Below, in pieces: positions 60,893-64,000 of a DNA stretch of 64,000 nucleotides (positions are counted from its first letter, which is position 1; every line of letters starts with the position of its first letter). A program made the position numbers and the translations under genes. The stretch spans positions 434,001 through 498,000 of the forward strand of contig CBFDEM010000009.1 of assembly GCA_965603825.1 (NCBI GenBank), read 5' to 3'. The notes beneath the pieces are model-generated. The model worked only from the letters and a program-made list of their open reading frames with translations, was not told the DNA's origin and did no database searches. The DNA comes from Blepharisma stoltei ATCC 30299. Lineage: Eukaryota > Protista > Ciliophora.

Positions 60893-61740
60893 TTAAAATA
60901 TAATTTAAAATATGCGTTTATTTAGAATTTATCTTGAATTATAAATTACCACATGAGGATTAAATTAGAGCTATAAATAAATGAATAGCTTGAAATGAAT
61001 CTTGATTATTGCATTTTTCGGTATATATAATGCACATAATTTAATAAAGTCAAACCAAAATTAGCAATTTACTTAAAGTATAAAAAGTTGACATTTATTA
61101 AGTTCAATTTTCTAATAAGCTTCATTTAGTTGTAAATTAAATAATTATGGAATTTTTCGAAACAAATAACTATTGAATTTCTTATGTTTAAAAAAAATCA
61201 ATTCTGTAGAATCTTAATTTTCACTTTTAATTTTATCTTTAATCAATTTTTTAAATATGTCTAAGGTATAAAATTATTTGAACTTGCTCAAATGATTGAT
61301 AAAAACTATAAATTATATTAGTTAGATTTATAAACGAAATTTTTACATTAAAATATGAAATCAGGCTCTATATAAATGGTTTTCAGAAAATATATTGCCT
61401 TATTTATGCTATTTTGAAAGAAAATACTTAGAAGAGTAAATGATCTTGAAGAATTGCATTATCAATAAAACTAAATTTATAGAAATGGAAATCAATATTC
61501 AAAATAAATATGCCACATTTTCAAGTTTCCATCTAAGGTGCTTATTCTGGTTGATTGCGATTTTCCTATGATATCTTTATTGCTCAGAAGATATTTTATA
61601 GATTCTTGCATTTTATTTTAAACAACTTTCAAATTATTCAAAAATCTTTATAGAATGCTTAATTTCTTGCATTAAATTCAAAAGGAAACAACAATAGTAT
61701 TAAAAATGTTTATAGTTTGCTCAGCCAATATAAAAAAATA

Positions 61741-61773
61741 GGAATTCCCAATTATGGAAATACCTACTATTAG
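61741..61773 (+). pseudogene. Tiny relic of a USP Cys box
   Basis: Translates as GIPNYGNTYY followed by a stop. Confidence 0.55.
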
Positions 61774-62492
61774 GCAATGATGAATAGGATGAGAAGTAAA
61801 AATGGAATTTGAAAATTGCAAATAGATTTAAAAAGAATTGCTAGATTATATTCGATTTAAAGTAATAGCATTCATGGCTTGAAGCAATTTATTTTTCATA
61901 ATTTTGAATTAATATAAACAAATCTCCTCAACTGATTGTAATATAGCCATGCCTATGATAAAATAGGATATCTCAGATGAATTAAATTGATCAGCGAAGG
62001 ATAAAATATTTGATGAGCTGTATTGTCAAGAATGTGACAGTCTAAGAAAATAATCTCTTCATGTAAATTCTGTTGAGTTTCCTTTTGGCTTGATATTCTA
62101 TAAGCTGAATAGCAAATAAAATATGAGAAGAGCATCTTAAAAATTAGAAACTCTTTGAGGAGAATATTGCTATGCGAGCATTATCTGGCAATACGCGTGC
62201 TCAAGAAATTTGGTATAAATGCGATAATCCTTATTTGAAAACGAGAATTTTATTATAAAGCAGACTATCTTTTTATTTTATTAAAAGCAATAGCAGCTGT
62301 ATTTTAATTATTTAATAAAATAATTTTTTAGATTGATTAAGACAAATAACTGCTATAATTAATTTTCAAACAAATAAGTGTTTATTTCTAATGATCATCT
62401 AATTATGATAAGTGCATTGCAAATGCTGTATATTATGTTTAAAGAGGATCAAATAATCAGTCACCATTTTATAGATTCTATAAATTTCACTC

Positions 62493-63602
62493 ATGGACTA
62501 TATAAAAATGCAACAAGAAAGAGAGCAGAGGAGAAGTCAAAACTGCTGCAATAAATTTTTATTATGTCTCGCATACCTTATATCACGGTTGCGCATTTGC
62601 TGCAGATGGACATGCTATTGAGTAAAAAGATACTGCAGAGGGATATGTGATTTCATATTATGTCTAATATTTTGCAGGGTTAAGAAGCAGAAAGATTCCG
62701 ATAGCGATGGCCAAATAGAAAACCCAAACTATTTCAGGGGAGAAAAAAGCTTAAATTACTTCCATAAAGATGAAAGCGTAAATAATTTTAGCAAAAAAGC
62801 AAATTACCCCAGAAAATTAGGAATCCCAAATTATGGAAACATTTGCTATTTGAACTCAGTTCTACAGGTTTTAGCAAGTACCCCAGAATTTTCCAATTGT
62901 TTAAGCCAAGATTCCGAGATTTCAGGAACTTTATTGAAGATTGTCACCATGATAAATAATCGCTCAGAAACTAATTTTAAGCCAGATATTGATAGATTTT
63001 TAAAAATTATTTATCAAGAAGATCCAAAGGTATTTTCTATACAGTTTGTTTTAGGCAAGCAAAACGACAGTAAAGAAATATTCGCGATTATAATAGATGA
63101 ATGCGCAGAAATTAATAAAAATCTGAAAGATTTATTTTTTATTAGGCAAGATAAAACATTTATTTGCGAACGAAATCATCAAGAAAAAATAGTAGAGGAG
63201 AATCCATTTTTAGTAGTCCTGAGAAATTTCGACAAAGGTATTAGTAGCTTTATAGATTCTTTGGAACGGACAATCTATTTTAGAGATAGCAATAAAATAT
63301 ACTGCAATACCTGCGCAGAATTAAAGGATACTAGTATCACTACAGAGTATAATTTTCCGAAGATTTTAGTTTTTTATTTTGCTGGTGACACCCCAAAGAA
63401 AAGGAGAATTGAGGACTTTGAGTCAATTAAAGGTAAAAATTATGAGCTTTATGGAATGATTTGTTTTTATCCGTCCTATCGCCATTATGTAGCTTTTACA
63501 TTAGATAGTGGAATATGGAGGAAGTATAACGATGAATCTGTGTCTGAGAAGGGGCCTGATTATAATTATGCTTATATGGCATTTTATAGGCTTTTAAAAT
63601 AA
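62493..63602 (+). CDS. USP copy 5 with Cys-rich N-terminus; intron 63030-63044
   Basis: GIPNYGNICYLN, QNDSKE, RHYVA, WRKYND. ATG 62493, one TGA. Confidence 0.85.
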
Positions 63603-64000
63603 ATTAGAAAAGATTTAATAAACGTTTTATCAGTGCAATAAATATTTAATAATTATTTTGAGCTGTCAATAATTATTAGGCAATTAAACTATAAGCATTA
63701 GCCTTTTGTTTTTTTCTTTATCTGAGCAAATTATAATATTGGTTTTTGAGCGTAATAAGTTTATTTTTGCATTATTTTCATCAAAAAAGCTTTTAGCGCT
63801 TGAATATCTTATTCAGATACTGAAATATTCCTGATTGAAAAGTCTAATCTCGACAGAAATTTATTTCAGAGAATTTTTAAGGGCAATTATCTGCAATCGA
63901 ATTGCTAATATACAAATAAATAGTCACAAAAAATCAGTGGTGCTATGATCATACAAAGCTAGCGCGCAATAATGCATAAACTATCTTAAAATAGTGTATT

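Noticed and set aside
61953-62135. 60-aa minus-strand ORF
   Set aside because: No motif or paralogy; it cannot be supported.
168-63602. Selenocysteine or ambiguous stop/sense reading of TGA
   Set aside because: TGA aligns with Trp rather than Cys, and no reconstructed gene needs TGA as a stop.

Overview
This is gene-dense, AT-rich eukaryotic DNA that reads as the somatic (macronuclear) genome of a heterotrich ciliate, most likely Blepharisma. In-frame TGA encodes Trp, only TAA/TAG stop, and introns are almost all 15 nt (GTA......A...AG), so the supplied standard-code ORF track fragments most genes. Re-reading with this code gives about 35 genes. They include a pentafunctional AROM, two small Myb paralogs, DNAAF5-like, eIF3h, a BAH-PHD-TFIIS protein, four claudin-like paralogs, a Kelch/Cys-rich receptor, AP endonuclease, porin, a RING-Bbox-coiled-coil protein, a retinoblastoma homolog, Pex14-PUB, a cNMP-binding K+ channel, RING/IBR-PARP, TTLL, CCDC146, a CFAP97-domain protein, SLP-2 and a USP deubiquitinase cluster. 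The most notable items are: (1) a predicted acylated double inositol-phosphate kinase fused via a 15-nt intron to two CDGSH [2Fe-2S] motifs; (2) a ~900-nt non-coding stretch packed with hairpins upstream of a Myb gene; (3) a TA-bounded 127-bp IES-like insertion whose precise removal restores a USP gene; (4) an atypical 20- or 71-nt intron. All calls come from manual motif reading; no database searches were run.
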